This document shows, piece by piece, positions 1-8,465 of a stretch of 64,000 bases of DNA (position 1 is the first letter of the stretch; every line of letters starts with the position of its first letter). The position numbers and the translations under genes were made by a program. The DNA lies in the NCBI GenBank assembly GCA_007376135.1, contig VMFR01000003.1, forward strand, positions 75,660-139,659, in the 5' to 3' direction. The notes under the pieces are model-generated. The model saw nothing but the letters and a program-made list of their open reading frames with translations. It had not been told where the DNA came from and ran no database searches. This DNA is from Parcubacteria group bacterium Gr01-1014_31. GTDB lineage: Bacteria > Patescibacteriota > Patescibacteriia > Buchananbacterales > GWA2-38-13.

Positions 1-32
1 ACCCTAGAAGTGTTCACCCAACTATTATCACT

Positions 33-542
33 ATGATCAAACATCAAGACCAACGTGTCGGCGTCTTCGTCGACGTTGCCAACATGTACCACTCGGCCAA
101 GAATATTTTCGGCGCCCGGCTGAATTTCAAGGAAGTGCTCAAAACCGCGGTCGCCGGCCGGCCGCTCATCCGCGCCATTGCCTACGTCATCAAATCCAAC
201 AGCACCGAGGAGCAGGGATTCTTCGAGGCCCTGGATAAGCAGGGTTTCGAAGTGAAATACAAGGACCTGCAGGTGTTCGCGGGCGGCGCCAAGAAAGCCG
301 ACTGGGATGTCGGCATCGCGGTGGACGCCATCAAAATGGCCGACAAGCTCGACACGGTCGTACTGGTCACGGGCGACGGCGATTTCATTCCGCTGGTGGT
401 GTACCTGAAGGAGAACCGCGGCTGCAAGGTGGAAGTTATCGCGTTCGGCCACACCACCTCGGGCAAGCTGCTGGAAGTGGTGGACGATTTCCTGAACCTG
501 GAGGACGACAAGAAGTTTCTGCTCCAGCCCAAATCCCGCTAA
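33..542 (+). CDS. NYN domain (LabA/DUF88) protein
   Basis: VFVDVANMY, K.DWDVGIAVDA and LVTGDGDFIPLV motifs of the NYN/PIN-like fold. Confidence 0.9.
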   Translation: MIKHQDQRVGVFVDVANMYHSAKNIFGARLNFKEVLKTAVAGRPLIRAIAYVIKSNSTEEQGFFEALDKQGFEVKYKDLQVFAGGAKKADWDVGIAVDAIKMADKLDTVVLVTGDGDFIPLVVYLKENRGCKVEVIAFGHTTSGKLLEVVDDFLNLEDDKKFLLQPKSR

Positions 543-679
543 TTCCTTTGACCGTTAATTCCTTAATTGCTGTCGGCAACCGTTGACGCGTTGTTAGTAG
601 TTCCCGCTGTTGGATCAGTCCGGTCGAACGGCGGGAAATACTGGTGACGCGCTGGCGGCTCAGGCAGCGTGTTGACGCT

Positions 680-2965
680 ATGGAGATACAAAAGAGCGAG
701 CCGGCCGGCGTGACGACGTTTACGACCGAGTTTTCCGGCCGTCCGCTGGTCATCGAGGTTGGCCGCCTGGCCAACCAGGCCAGCGGCAGCTGCACCGTCC
801 GTTTCGGCGAGACCGTGGTGCTGGCGACCGCCGTCATCTCGGATTCCACGCGCGATGGGATCAACTACTTCCCGTTGACGGTGGACTACGAAGAGCGGCT
901 GTATGCGGCCGGCATCATCAAAGGCAGCCGCTGGGTCAAGCGCGAGGGGCGTCCGTCCGACGAGGTCGTCCAGACCTCGCGGCTGGTGGACCGCAGCATC
1001 CGTCCGCTGTTCCCTAAAGGCATCAAGAACGACGTACAGGTCATCATCACCGTGCTGTCGTTCGACCAGGAGAACGACCCCGACGCCATTTCCTTGGTCG
1101 CCGCCTCGCTGGCGGTGGCCATTTCGCCCATTCCCTGGGACGGCCCGATCGCCGGCCTGCGGGTGGGGCGCGTCAGTTCGGAGACTGACCCCAGCCGCAA
1201 GGAATGGGTCATCAACCCTTCCATTGCCGTCCGCGAGAAGAGTGACCTGGATATGATCATCGCCGGGACCGGTGAGCGCATTATGATGGTGGAGGCCGGC
1301 GCCCAGGAAGTGCCGGAGGGCGCCATCTACGAAGCCGTTGAATTCTCCAGCAAGCCCGTTGCGCAGCTGGTTTCCATCATCCAGAAGGTCGTTGCCGCCG
1401 TCGGCAAACCCAAGGTCATGCCCGCCGCCCCGGTACTCACGGAAGGCATCGCGCCGGACGTTCTTGCCGCACTGCAAGCCAAGGCCGACGCCTGGGTGGA
1501 CCAGCATGCGCAACCGGCGTTGTTCGGCGGCTCGCTGACCACGAAAAGCTCGCGCGCCGAGGTGGTCGACGAGCTGGCCGTCAAATTCGAAGCCGAGCTG
1601 GTTTCCGCCAGTACGCCCAAGGACCAGCGCAAGCTGGCCGCCGAAATGTTCCGGCTGGCCGTGGAAGGTTTGATCAGCAAGATGATCCTGCAGAAGGGCG
1701 TGCGCGTGGACGGCCGCGCGCTGACGCAGGTGCGCCCGCTCGGGTCGGTGGTCGGCATGCTGCCGCGCACGCACGGCAGCGGTTTGTTCCACCGCGGAGA
1801 AACCCAGGTGCTGTCGGTCGTGACGCTCGGCTCGCCGGGTGATGTGCAGCTGCTGGAGAACCTGGAAGGGGAGAGCAAGAAGCGCTACATGCACCACTAC
1901 AATTTCCCACCGTTCTCGGTCGGGGAGACCGGCCGCCTCGGTTCGCCGGGCCGGCGCGAGATCGGGCACGGAATGCTGGCCGAACGCGCGCTGCTGCCGG
2001 TGCTGCCGCCCAAGGAAGAGTTCCCGTATACCATCCGCGTCGTGTCCGAGGTGCTGTCCTCCAACGGATCGTCCTCCATGGGCGCGACCTGTGGTTCGAC
2101 CTTGGCGCTGATGGACGCGGGCGTCCCCATCACCAAACCGGTGGCAGGCGTGGCCATGGGCGTGGCGACCGACGCCAAGGGCAACTACAAGATCATCACC
2201 GACCTGCAGGACCTGGAGGACGGCCTGGGCGGCATGGACTTCAAGATCGCCGGCACGCGCGACGGCATCACCGCCATCCAGATGGACACCAAGACCAAGG
2301 GGCTGACCCTGCCGATGGTGCGGCAAACCTTGGACCAGGCGCGCGAGGGGCGCTTGGCAATCCTCGATGTGATGCAGCAGGCGATCGCCGCGCCGCGTCC
2401 GGAGCTGTCGCCGTACGCCCCGCGCATCGTGACGGTCCAGATCAACCCCGACCGCATCCGCGACGTCATCGGCCCGGGCGGCAAGATCATCAATAAGATC
2501 ATTGACGAGACCGGCTGCGACATCGACATCGAACCGGATGGCCGCGTCATGATCACGGGCACCGATCTGGTGAAAACCCAGAAGGCCGTGGACTGGGTAA
2601 AACTTTTGACCAAGGAGGTCACCGTCGGCGAAACGTACGAAGGCAAGGTCACCCGCATCCTGGACTTCGGCGCGTTCGTCGAAGTCACCCCCAACAAGGA
2701 GGGGATGGTGCACATCTCGGAGCTGGCGCACTACCGTGTCAATCAGGTGACCGATGTGGTGAAGATCGGCGACACCGTGAAGGTCAAAGTCATCGCCATC
2801 GACGACCTCGGCCGCGTCAATTTGTCGGTCAAGGCGCTGCTGCCGCCACCGGAAGGCGGCGCACCGGCGTCGTCCGACGACCGCGGCTACGACCAGCCGC
2901 GCCGTCCGATGCGTCCGCACGGCCCAGGCCGGGGCGGACCCCATCGCGGCGGCCGTCGGTTCTAA
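680..2965 (+). CDS. pnp: Polyribonucleotide nucleotidyltransferase (PNPase)
   Basis: PLTVDYEER, RREIGHG, SNGSSSM, MDFKIAGT, KH (IGPGGK) and S1 domains; start placed at ATG 680. Confidence 0.97.
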   Translation: MEIQKSEPAGVTTFTTEFSGRPLVIEVGRLANQASGSCTVRFGETVVLATAVISDSTRDGINYFPLTVDYEERLYAAGIIKGSRWVKREGRPSDEVVQTSRLVDRSIRPLFPKGIKNDVQVIITVLSFDQENDPDAISLVAASLAVAISPIPWDGPIAGLRVGRVSSETDPSRKEWVINPSIAVREKSDLDMIIAGTGERIMMVEAGAQEVPEGAIYEAVEFSSKPVAQLVSIIQKVVAAVGKPKVMPAAPVLTEGIAPDVLAALQAKADAWVDQHAQPALFGGSLTTKSSRAEVVDELAVKFEAELVSASTPKDQRKLAAEMFRLAVEGLISKMILQKGVRVDGRALTQVRPLGSVVGMLPRTHGSGLFHRGETQVLSVVTLGSPGDVQLLENLEGESKKRYMHHYNFPPFSVGETGRLGSPGRREIGHGMLAERALLPVLPPKEEFPYTIRVVSEVLSSNGSSSMGATCGSTLALMDAGVPITKPVAGVAMGVATDAKGNYKIITDLQDLEDGLGGMDFKIAGTRDGITAIQMDTKTKGLTLPMVRQTLDQAREGRLAILDVMQQAIAAPRPELSPYAPRIVTVQINPDRIRDVIGPGGKIINKIIDETGCDIDIEPDGRVMITGTDLVKTQKAVDWVKLLTKEVTVGETYEGKVTRILDFGAFVEVTPNKEGMVHISELAHYRVNQVTDVVKIGDTVKVKVIAIDDLGRVNLSVKALLPPPEGGAPASSDDRGYDQPRRPMRPHGPGRGGPHRGGRRF

Positions 2966-2993
2966 GCCGGCCGACCGTTCCACGAAGTTTTCC

Positions 2994-3024
2994 AACACCC
3001 GCCAGCGATTCGCTGGCGGGTGTT
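2994..3024 (+). terminator. GC-rich hairpin after pnp
   Basis: AACACCCGCCAGCGA-T-TCGCTGGCGGGTGTT perfect inverted repeat; no clear U-tract. Confidence 0.55.
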
Positions 3025-3351
3025 CCGTTTGGCGCGGACGGCAACGCGGCATCGTCGACAATCCGTTGGGATGAAAAGGTTTCACGGGGCGTGCGGGCGT
3101 GATGTTCCGGCGATGGAAGGTCTGACAGGAGTACCTCATGAAACCTGAAACCTGGAACCTGGAACAGAACGGACCGCGTTCGGTGCCTGCATCGAGCGAA
3201 GTTCCATCGGGGCGGGGGAGTTTAGTTATTCACATGCGTGTGGATAATTTGCGAACGCAAGACATCGCTGCCCGCCCCTTACCGCATTTGAAATTTTGTG
3301 GCGAAATATGGCTCTATCACAACAAAATAGTTCCATTTTTGCAACATTTTC

Positions 3352-3380
3352 TTGACAGTCGGGGAGTATCGTGCTACAAT
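3352..3380 (+). promoter_or_regulatory. sigma70-type promoter
   Basis: TTGACA-N17-TACAAT. Confidence 0.75.
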
Positions 3381-3386
3381 GAGTAT

Positions 3387-3765
3387 GTTGTAAATTGAAA
3401 ATCAGAAAGATTTTCCCAACTGTTGTTGGGTGAATTTTTCTCCTCTGTACTTGGCTTCCGTGTTTTTACAGTCGCCGCAAAGGAGACTGGTCTGTAGATG
3501 GCGAAGCTGACCGCCACCAGATAAAAACAAAAATAAAACATCGGCTGGATCGCGGATCAACCGCGTACCAACCAAAGCCTGGTAAAGAGGCGTTCGAGTC
3601 GGCCGAACTAAGACCCGGAGTTTCAAGTAGTGATCCGTTAGGTGGGATGAGGGCGATGAACGAGCGTTCATCATCGTCATCCCACCTACCAATCCGCTTG
3701 AAACTTCACTACAAAGGCGGATACGCTACAAAATCTTTTTTGAGGGCGACTATCCGCCTTTTCAT
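3387..3765 (+). ncRNA. Candidate structured non-coding RNA, unassigned
   Basis: Own promoter, no long + ORF, nested stems 3619-3627/3697-3705, 3639-3650/3677-3688, 3655-3662/3665-3672, and a terminal stem 3713-3723/3751-3761. Confidence 0.5.
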
Positions 3766-3793
3766 TTACCCAAAAACGCCTCGGCGCGCAGCA

Positions 3794-3822
3794 TTGCCAA
3801 ACTGACCCTCCTTGCCTATACT
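3794..3822 (+). promoter_or_regulatory. sigma70-type promoter for dksA-lspA
   Basis: TTGCCA-N17-TATACT. Confidence 0.6.
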
Positions 3823-3860
3823 ATTAATATACTGAAACCCGTTCACCCTATCCCATAGCT

Positions 3861-4235
3861 ATGGACTCCAAGGCACTCGAAGCCATCAAAGTGAAACTCC
3901 AGGAGCAGGAGCGCCAGCTCAAGGAGCGATTGGAGTGGTTCACCACGCAAGACCAGCAGAATCCGGCGGACTACCACTCACGGTTCCCTGACTACGGCAG
4001 CAAGGAGGATGAGAACGCCGCCGAAGTTTCGGCCTACTCCGACCGGCTGTCGCTTGAACACACGGTGGAGTCAGACTTGCGCGACGTGAAAACAGCGCTC
4101 GCCAACATCACCAAGGGCACGTATGGTATTTGCCGCTATTGTAAAAAGCCGATCGAAGAGAAGCGGCTGCTGATCCGGCCCACCTCTAGCTCCTGCGTGC
4201 AGTGCAAAAAGCAACTCAAGGGCGAGGCCGCGTGA
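3861..4235 (+). CDS. TraR/DksA C4-type zinc finger protein
   Basis: Coiled coil followed by GTYGICRYC..IEEKRL..P..CVQC. Confidence 0.9.
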   Translation: MDSKALEAIKVKLQEQERQLKERLEWFTTQDQQNPADYHSRFPDYGSKEDENAAEVSAYSDRLSLEHTVESDLRDVKTALANITKGTYGICRYCKKPIEEKRLLIRPTSSSCVQCKKQLKGEAA

Positions 4236-4717
4236 CGTTTCTCGCCGCCGCGGTCGCCGGGATGGCGACCGTCCTGGCGATGACCGCCGCCGACCGCGCC
4301 GTTAAAATATTCTTTCTGACCCACCCCGCCGCCGGCGGGGTGGTCGTTGCTGGACAGCTGCAGCTGCGGCTCGCGACCAACCCCGACCTCGCGTTCAGTC
4401 TTCCGTTCCCGCTCGCGCTGACCCTCGCGTTGTCCGGCGCAGCGGTCGTACTGTTCGTCTGGTGGCTGGTGGCGACGATATATCGTCGCGCGCTGGTCCC
4501 GACCCTGGCGTTGGAGTGTATCGTCGCGGGCGCCGCCTCCAACCTGACGGACCGGTTGCGTTGGGGCCACGTCGTCGACTACATTGACGTGCCGTGGTTC
4601 ACCGTGTTCAATCTGGCGGACGTGCTCATCACCGCTGGCGTCGCATTGCTCGTACTCCGTGAAGTTGTGTGTTGGGGGCGCCGGCGGCGGAGCGATAACG
4701 TGAAACTTGAGACGTGA
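4232..4717 (+). CDS. lspA: Lipoprotein signal peptidase II
   Basis: GAASNLTDRLRWGHVVDYI and FNLAD catalytic motifs; GTG start overlaps upstream stop. Confidence 0.9.
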   Translation: MTFLAAAVAGMATVLAMTAADRAVKIFFLTHPAAGGVVVAGQLQLRLATNPDLAFSLPFPLALTLALSGAAVVLFVWWLVATIYRRALVPTLALECIVAGAASNLTDRLRWGHVVDYIDVPWFTVFNLADVLITAGVALLVLREVVCWGRRRRSDNVKLET

Positions 4718-4774
4718 AACGTGAAGCAGCCCGATGATCGGGTTTCACGTTTTACGTTTTACACTCCACGACGT

Positions 4775-6304
4775 ATGCCTGCCCGCGTGTTATCCGCCGC
4801 GCTCGTTGGACTGGACGCCGTTCCGGTTGAAGTGGAAGCCGACCTGTCGGCACAGCTGCCGGGCTTGCTCATCGTCGGGCTGCCCGATCAAGCGGTGGAA
4901 GAATCGCGCGAGCGTGTTCGCAGCGCCCTGAAGAATGCCGGCATCCCGCCGCTGCGGCAGAAGATTACCATCAATCTCGCACCCGGCGACTTGCGCAAGG
5001 AGGGTGCCGCCTACGACCTGCCCATCGCCGTTGCCATTCTCCTGGCGGCCGGTCATTTGCAACTGCGGCAGCCGTGGGCGACGCAGCTGTTCGCCGGCGA
5101 GTTGAGTCTGGATGGGAGCGTGCGGGCAATCCCGGGCGTACTGCCCATTGCCCTGCTTTCCAAGGCGCGCGGCATCACCAATTTGTATGTTCCGGAAGCC
5201 AACGTCAGCGAGGCGTGCCTGGTGCCGGGCGTTACCGTCTACGGCGTTGCCACGCTGCGCGATCTGGCGCTGCATCTGAAGGGGGAGGCCGAGATCGCCG
5301 CGCGCAGTTCCGCAGGGCTTCCCCCGCAGGCGGCGCTGGCGGAGGCCGACGTGGATTTTTCCGCCATTCAGGGGCAGGAGAGCGTCAAGCGGGCGCTGGA
5401 GATCGCGGCCGCCGGCGGCCACAACATCCTTTTGTCCGGCCCGCCGGGGGCGGGGAAGACTTTGCTCGCGCGCGCATTTTCCGGCATCCTGCCGCAGATG
5501 ACCGACGAGGAGGTGCTGGAGGTAACGCGTATCTATAGTGTCGCGGGTTTGTTGCCGCCTGGCGTGCCGCTGGTGCGCCAGCGGCCGTTCCGCAGCCCTC
5601 ACCATTCGGCCTCCGCCATCAGTCTGGTGGGCGGTGGCTCCACGCCCAAGCCCGGCGAGGTCACGTTGGCGCACCGGGGCGTGCTGTTCCTGGATGAATT
5701 TCCGGAGTTCCCGCGCGCGGCGCTGGAACACCTGCGCCAGCCGCTGGAGGACGGGGTGGTGACGGTTGCGCGCGTGGCGGCCAGTGTGCGTTTCCCGGCG
5801 CGTTTTCTGCTGGTGGCGGCGGCTAACCCCTGCCCGTGCGGGTACTTGTCCGACCCGCAGCGGCCGTGCGTCTGTTCGCCGACCCAGGTGTTGCGCTACC
5901 GCAAGCGTATCTCCGGCCCGATGCTGGACCGGATCGACCTGCACGTGGAGGTTCCGCCGGTGCAGTTCGAAAAGCTCGCCGCCCCCCAGCCGGGGGAATC
6001 CACGGCGGCCGTACGGACGCGCGTGCAGCAAGCGCGCGACCGCCAGACCGCGCGGTTTACCGCCGCCGCTTCCGGCGCGCTGACGAATGCCGAGATGGGT
6101 TTGGAGGACCTCAAGATCTTCGTGCGATTGGATGAAGCGACCGTCGCGTTCCTGCGCCAAGCCGTCCCCAAGTTGCAGCTGTCGGCCAGAGGCTACCACC
6201 GCGCGCTTAAAGTTGCGCGCACCATTGCCGACCTGGCGGGGGAGGACACTATTTCCCAGCAGCATGTCGCAGAAGCGTTGCAGTACCGACCGGCCGCAGA
6301 ATAA
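4775..6304 (+). CDS. comM: YifB/ComM Mg-chelatase-like AAA ATPase
   Basis: VGLPDQAVEES, GELSLDG, Walker A GPPGAGKT, FRSPHH, LAHRGVLFLDE, NPCPCG. Confidence 0.93.
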   Translation: MPARVLSAALVGLDAVPVEVEADLSAQLPGLLIVGLPDQAVEESRERVRSALKNAGIPPLRQKITINLAPGDLRKEGAAYDLPIAVAILLAAGHLQLRQPWATQLFAGELSLDGSVRAIPGVLPIALLSKARGITNLYVPEANVSEACLVPGVTVYGVATLRDLALHLKGEAEIAARSSAGLPPQAALAEADVDFSAIQGQESVKRALEIAAAGGHNILLSGPPGAGKTLLARAFSGILPQMTDEEVLEVTRIYSVAGLLPPGVPLVRQRPFRSPHHSASAISLVGGGSTPKPGEVTLAHRGVLFLDEFPEFPRAALEHLRQPLEDGVVTVARVAASVRFPARFLLVAAANPCPCGYLSDPQRPCVCSPTQVLRYRKRISGPMLDRIDLHVEVPPVQFEKLAAPQPGESTAAVRTRVQQARDRQTARFTAAASGALTNAEMGLEDLKIFVRLDEATVAFLRQAVPKLQLSARGYHRALKVARTIADLAGEDTISQQHVAEALQYRPAAE

Positions 6305-6488
6305 TTTTTCTGCCACCTTTCTAGGAAAGGTGGCGCCAAAGTCGCGAGCCGTCTCGAAATTTAGAAAAAAACAGACTCGCTCGGCGTAAAATCGCTATGC
6401 GCACGCGACCTTAGCACGCGATTTCCCACCGCCTAGCTCGCCTCGATTTTTTACCTAAATTTCTCCAATGCTCGCATCGTATTGTTAC
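6305..6488 (+). repeat. Dispersed imperfect palindromic element, copy 1
   Basis: Shares CGCCAAAGTCGCG, AAATTTAG, CCTAAATTTCTCCAATG and terminal GTTAC with the reverse complement of 38448-38632. Confidence 0.75.
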
Positions 6489-6501
6489 TAACCGTTAAAG
6501 T

Positions 6502-7188
6502 ATGGAAGAACTTAACCACACAGCTGATGAATTGTTGCGGATAAAAGATTGGGTATTACGGAACTATCACAATGACGTCTATCCGCTTTTTATAAACAGT
6601 CAAACAGTTGGCGCGGCAGATGGTGTATTTCATTTTGGAATTGTACGGAATATTATGGCGTACATAGAAACCTGTGGCGCCATACATTCAGGGTGGGCTG
6701 AGCTGGATCAGAGAGGTGATTACGATACAAAGAAAGTAGCTACTTCTGAAAAATCTATACGTTTTATTGTCGAATTCTTGTCCGTTATTGATAAGAATTA
6801 TCGTGAAAATGGTAAATTATTTTACAACATGTATAGACATGGTTCGACTCACTTACTGAGACCCCACAGGTTGAAGAGTAGGGCAACTGGTATGATATAT
6901 TCTTGGTGGTGGTATTCTGGCGATAGATGTACGATTCATGACAAGGTGGAGGGGTTTAAAAGAGACGACGGCGTTCGTGTGAGTCATTTAGAGTTAATTA
7001 AGGTACCCAACCAGAATGTTTACCTACTTCCTGTTTCATTTCCCTGCCTTTGCGCGGATGTAGAAAAAGCAGTAGGAAATTTTTATGATTCTTTGGTTGG
7101 TGCAAGGAGAAAGGGAGATTTACCCCCTGAACAGCGGCGGGCATTAACGTTTATTGCAAACGGCGTAGTAACACGGGGTGACATTTAG
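6502..7188 (+). CDS. AT-rich hypothetical protein with HEPN-like RxxxxH motif
   Basis: 228-aa ORF, much lower GC than flanks, YNMYRHGSTH. Confidence 0.7.
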   Translation: MEELNHTADELLRIKDWVLRNYHNDVYPLFINSQTVGAADGVFHFGIVRNIMAYIETCGAIHSGWAELDQRGDYDTKKVATSEKSIRFIVEFLSVIDKNYRENGKLFYNMYRHGSTHLLRPHRLKSRATGMIYSWWWYSGDRCTIHDKVEGFKRDDGVRVSHLELIKVPNQNVYLLPVSFPCLCADVEKAVGNFYDSLVGARRKGDLPPEQRRALTFIANGVVTRGDI

Positions 7189-7195
7189 TTCACAT

Positions 7196-7924
7196 ATGAC
7201 CAATAAGTATTGGGAACAGCAGTCCGTCAGTGTTAATAGGCTCCGTCAGCAGGGTGCACAAAATTTTTTCCAAAGTATCCCGAACATCCAGCACGCCTTT
7301 CACCCGGGCGAGCGGTGGCTGTGCTGTATTGATGAGGGGTGCCCCGGCGGGGTGAATCTGGCCGGTTCAGGCATACTGCTCGGCGTGGAAGGGGCGGCCA
7401 GGATCGCGCACGACGCGGGAGTCACCGCCATCACCAGTCACGAAGAGTGCGGCGCGGCCAAACTTTGGGCAAAGCAATCCGGCAAGAATGCCGAGACCTC
7501 CGACGATTACGGCAAGGAGTTTTCTGCCGAACTGGCCAAAAGGCTGGGAGTTTCCTACTGCCACCTGCCGCTGTCCGAAATGACGCGGCCGGCCGGCTTG
7601 CATGTGGCGCGCGTCATCTACTACGACGGCACCGGCACGTTCGACCCGGCGCGCCTGCCTGAACTGCCGCCAGGATTTGTCATCAGCCGCCGCTATTTGG
7701 ATACGGAGTACGCGCTGCGCGAGTGCGGCATTGCGATCAGTATCGCCCTGGGCGACCACGGGTTTGGCGCCCGCTTCACCCCCAAGGAACCGCTGCTTAT
7801 CGTTGCCATTGGGCATCCGACCGATCCGGTGCTCTCGTTGGAGAAATTGCGGGCGGAGCTGGAACCCGTCGCCGCCGCGGAGGGCCCGCGCGTGGCCGTG
7901 GACGGGCTGGTTGCCAAATGGTGA
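7196..7924 (+). CDS. Hypothetical metalloprotein, carbonic anhydrase-like ligand pattern
   Basis: CCIDEG, LAGSG and SHEECGAA (CxD...HxxC). Confidence 0.6.
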   Translation: MTNKYWEQQSVSVNRLRQQGAQNFFQSIPNIQHAFHPGERWLCCIDEGCPGGVNLAGSGILLGVEGAARIAHDAGVTAITSHEECGAAKLWAKQSGKNAETSDDYGKEFSAELAKRLGVSYCHLPLSEMTRPAGLHVARVIYYDGTGTFDPARLPELPPGFVISRRYLDTEYALRECGIAISIALGDHGFGARFTPKEPLLIVAIGHPTDPVLSLEKLRAELEPVAAAEGPRVAVDGLVAKW

Positions 7925-7948
7925 GGATGATGGTATAGTTTGGCCGTT

Positions 7949-8380
7949 ATGAATACGTCTCGGTTGTTGCGCACCATCGGTATATTCGGGGTCATCGTCG
8001 TTGTCGCCGTGGCCGTCGTTGGTCCGGTGGTGATGTCCAGAATGGCCGGCCACCAGCATGAGGCATCGGTTTCCGGCTGCCCGTTCCAGGGGATGGCCGC
8101 TATTTGTCCTATGACCGCAATGGACCACGTCGGCTTGTGGCGGCAGCTGTTGGCCGGCTTTGCGCCAACCACGATGTTGCTGGGGCTCATCCTGCTGTCG
8201 GTGTTCGTCGTCGCGACCCTCCGTCTCTGCTTTTCCTATCAGTACTGGAAGAAACGGCGCTGGCGGGGGATACCGCGCTATCTCACTCAGCATCCGCTGG
8301 CGATGCTCTCCGATTTTTTGCAGCAGGCGCTGGCCGCCGGTGTGCTGCAGCCCAAAGTTTTTCCTGCTCGCGTCAGTTAG
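7949..8380 (+). CDS. Small membrane protein upstream of copper cluster
   Basis: Two hydrophobic segments flanking GHQH..CPFQGMAAICPM..DH. Confidence 0.7.
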   Translation: MNTSRLLRTIGIFGVIVVVAVAVVGPVVMSRMAGHQHEASVSGCPFQGMAAICPMTAMDHVGLWRQLLAGFAPTTMLLGLILLSVFVVATLRLCFSYQYWKKRRWRGIPRYLTQHPLAMLSDFLQQALAAGVLQPKVFPARVS

Positions 8381-8465
8381 TACGTGCGGACTTTGCCAAC
8401 GTGGAACGTTGTGGCAAGGGTTTCCCCGCAGGTGCTTTTTTATTTTCTTGATTCTTACCTGACGT

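Noticed and set aside
563-3139. 858-aa minus-strand ORF
   Set aside because: Antisense shadow of pnp caused by GC-rich codon bias; no motifs
3387-3765. RNase P RNA, tmRNA or T-box assignment
   Set aside because: No GAGGAAAGTCC, no tRNA-like termini and no T-box GGTGG.ACC sequence seen
4790-6316. 508-aa minus-strand ORF
   Set aside because: Shadow of comM
7166-7172. TAGTAAC as an integron R'' site complementary to GTTACTA at 6484
   Set aside because: A 7-nt match is easily chance, and the second element's gene shows only a partial equivalent
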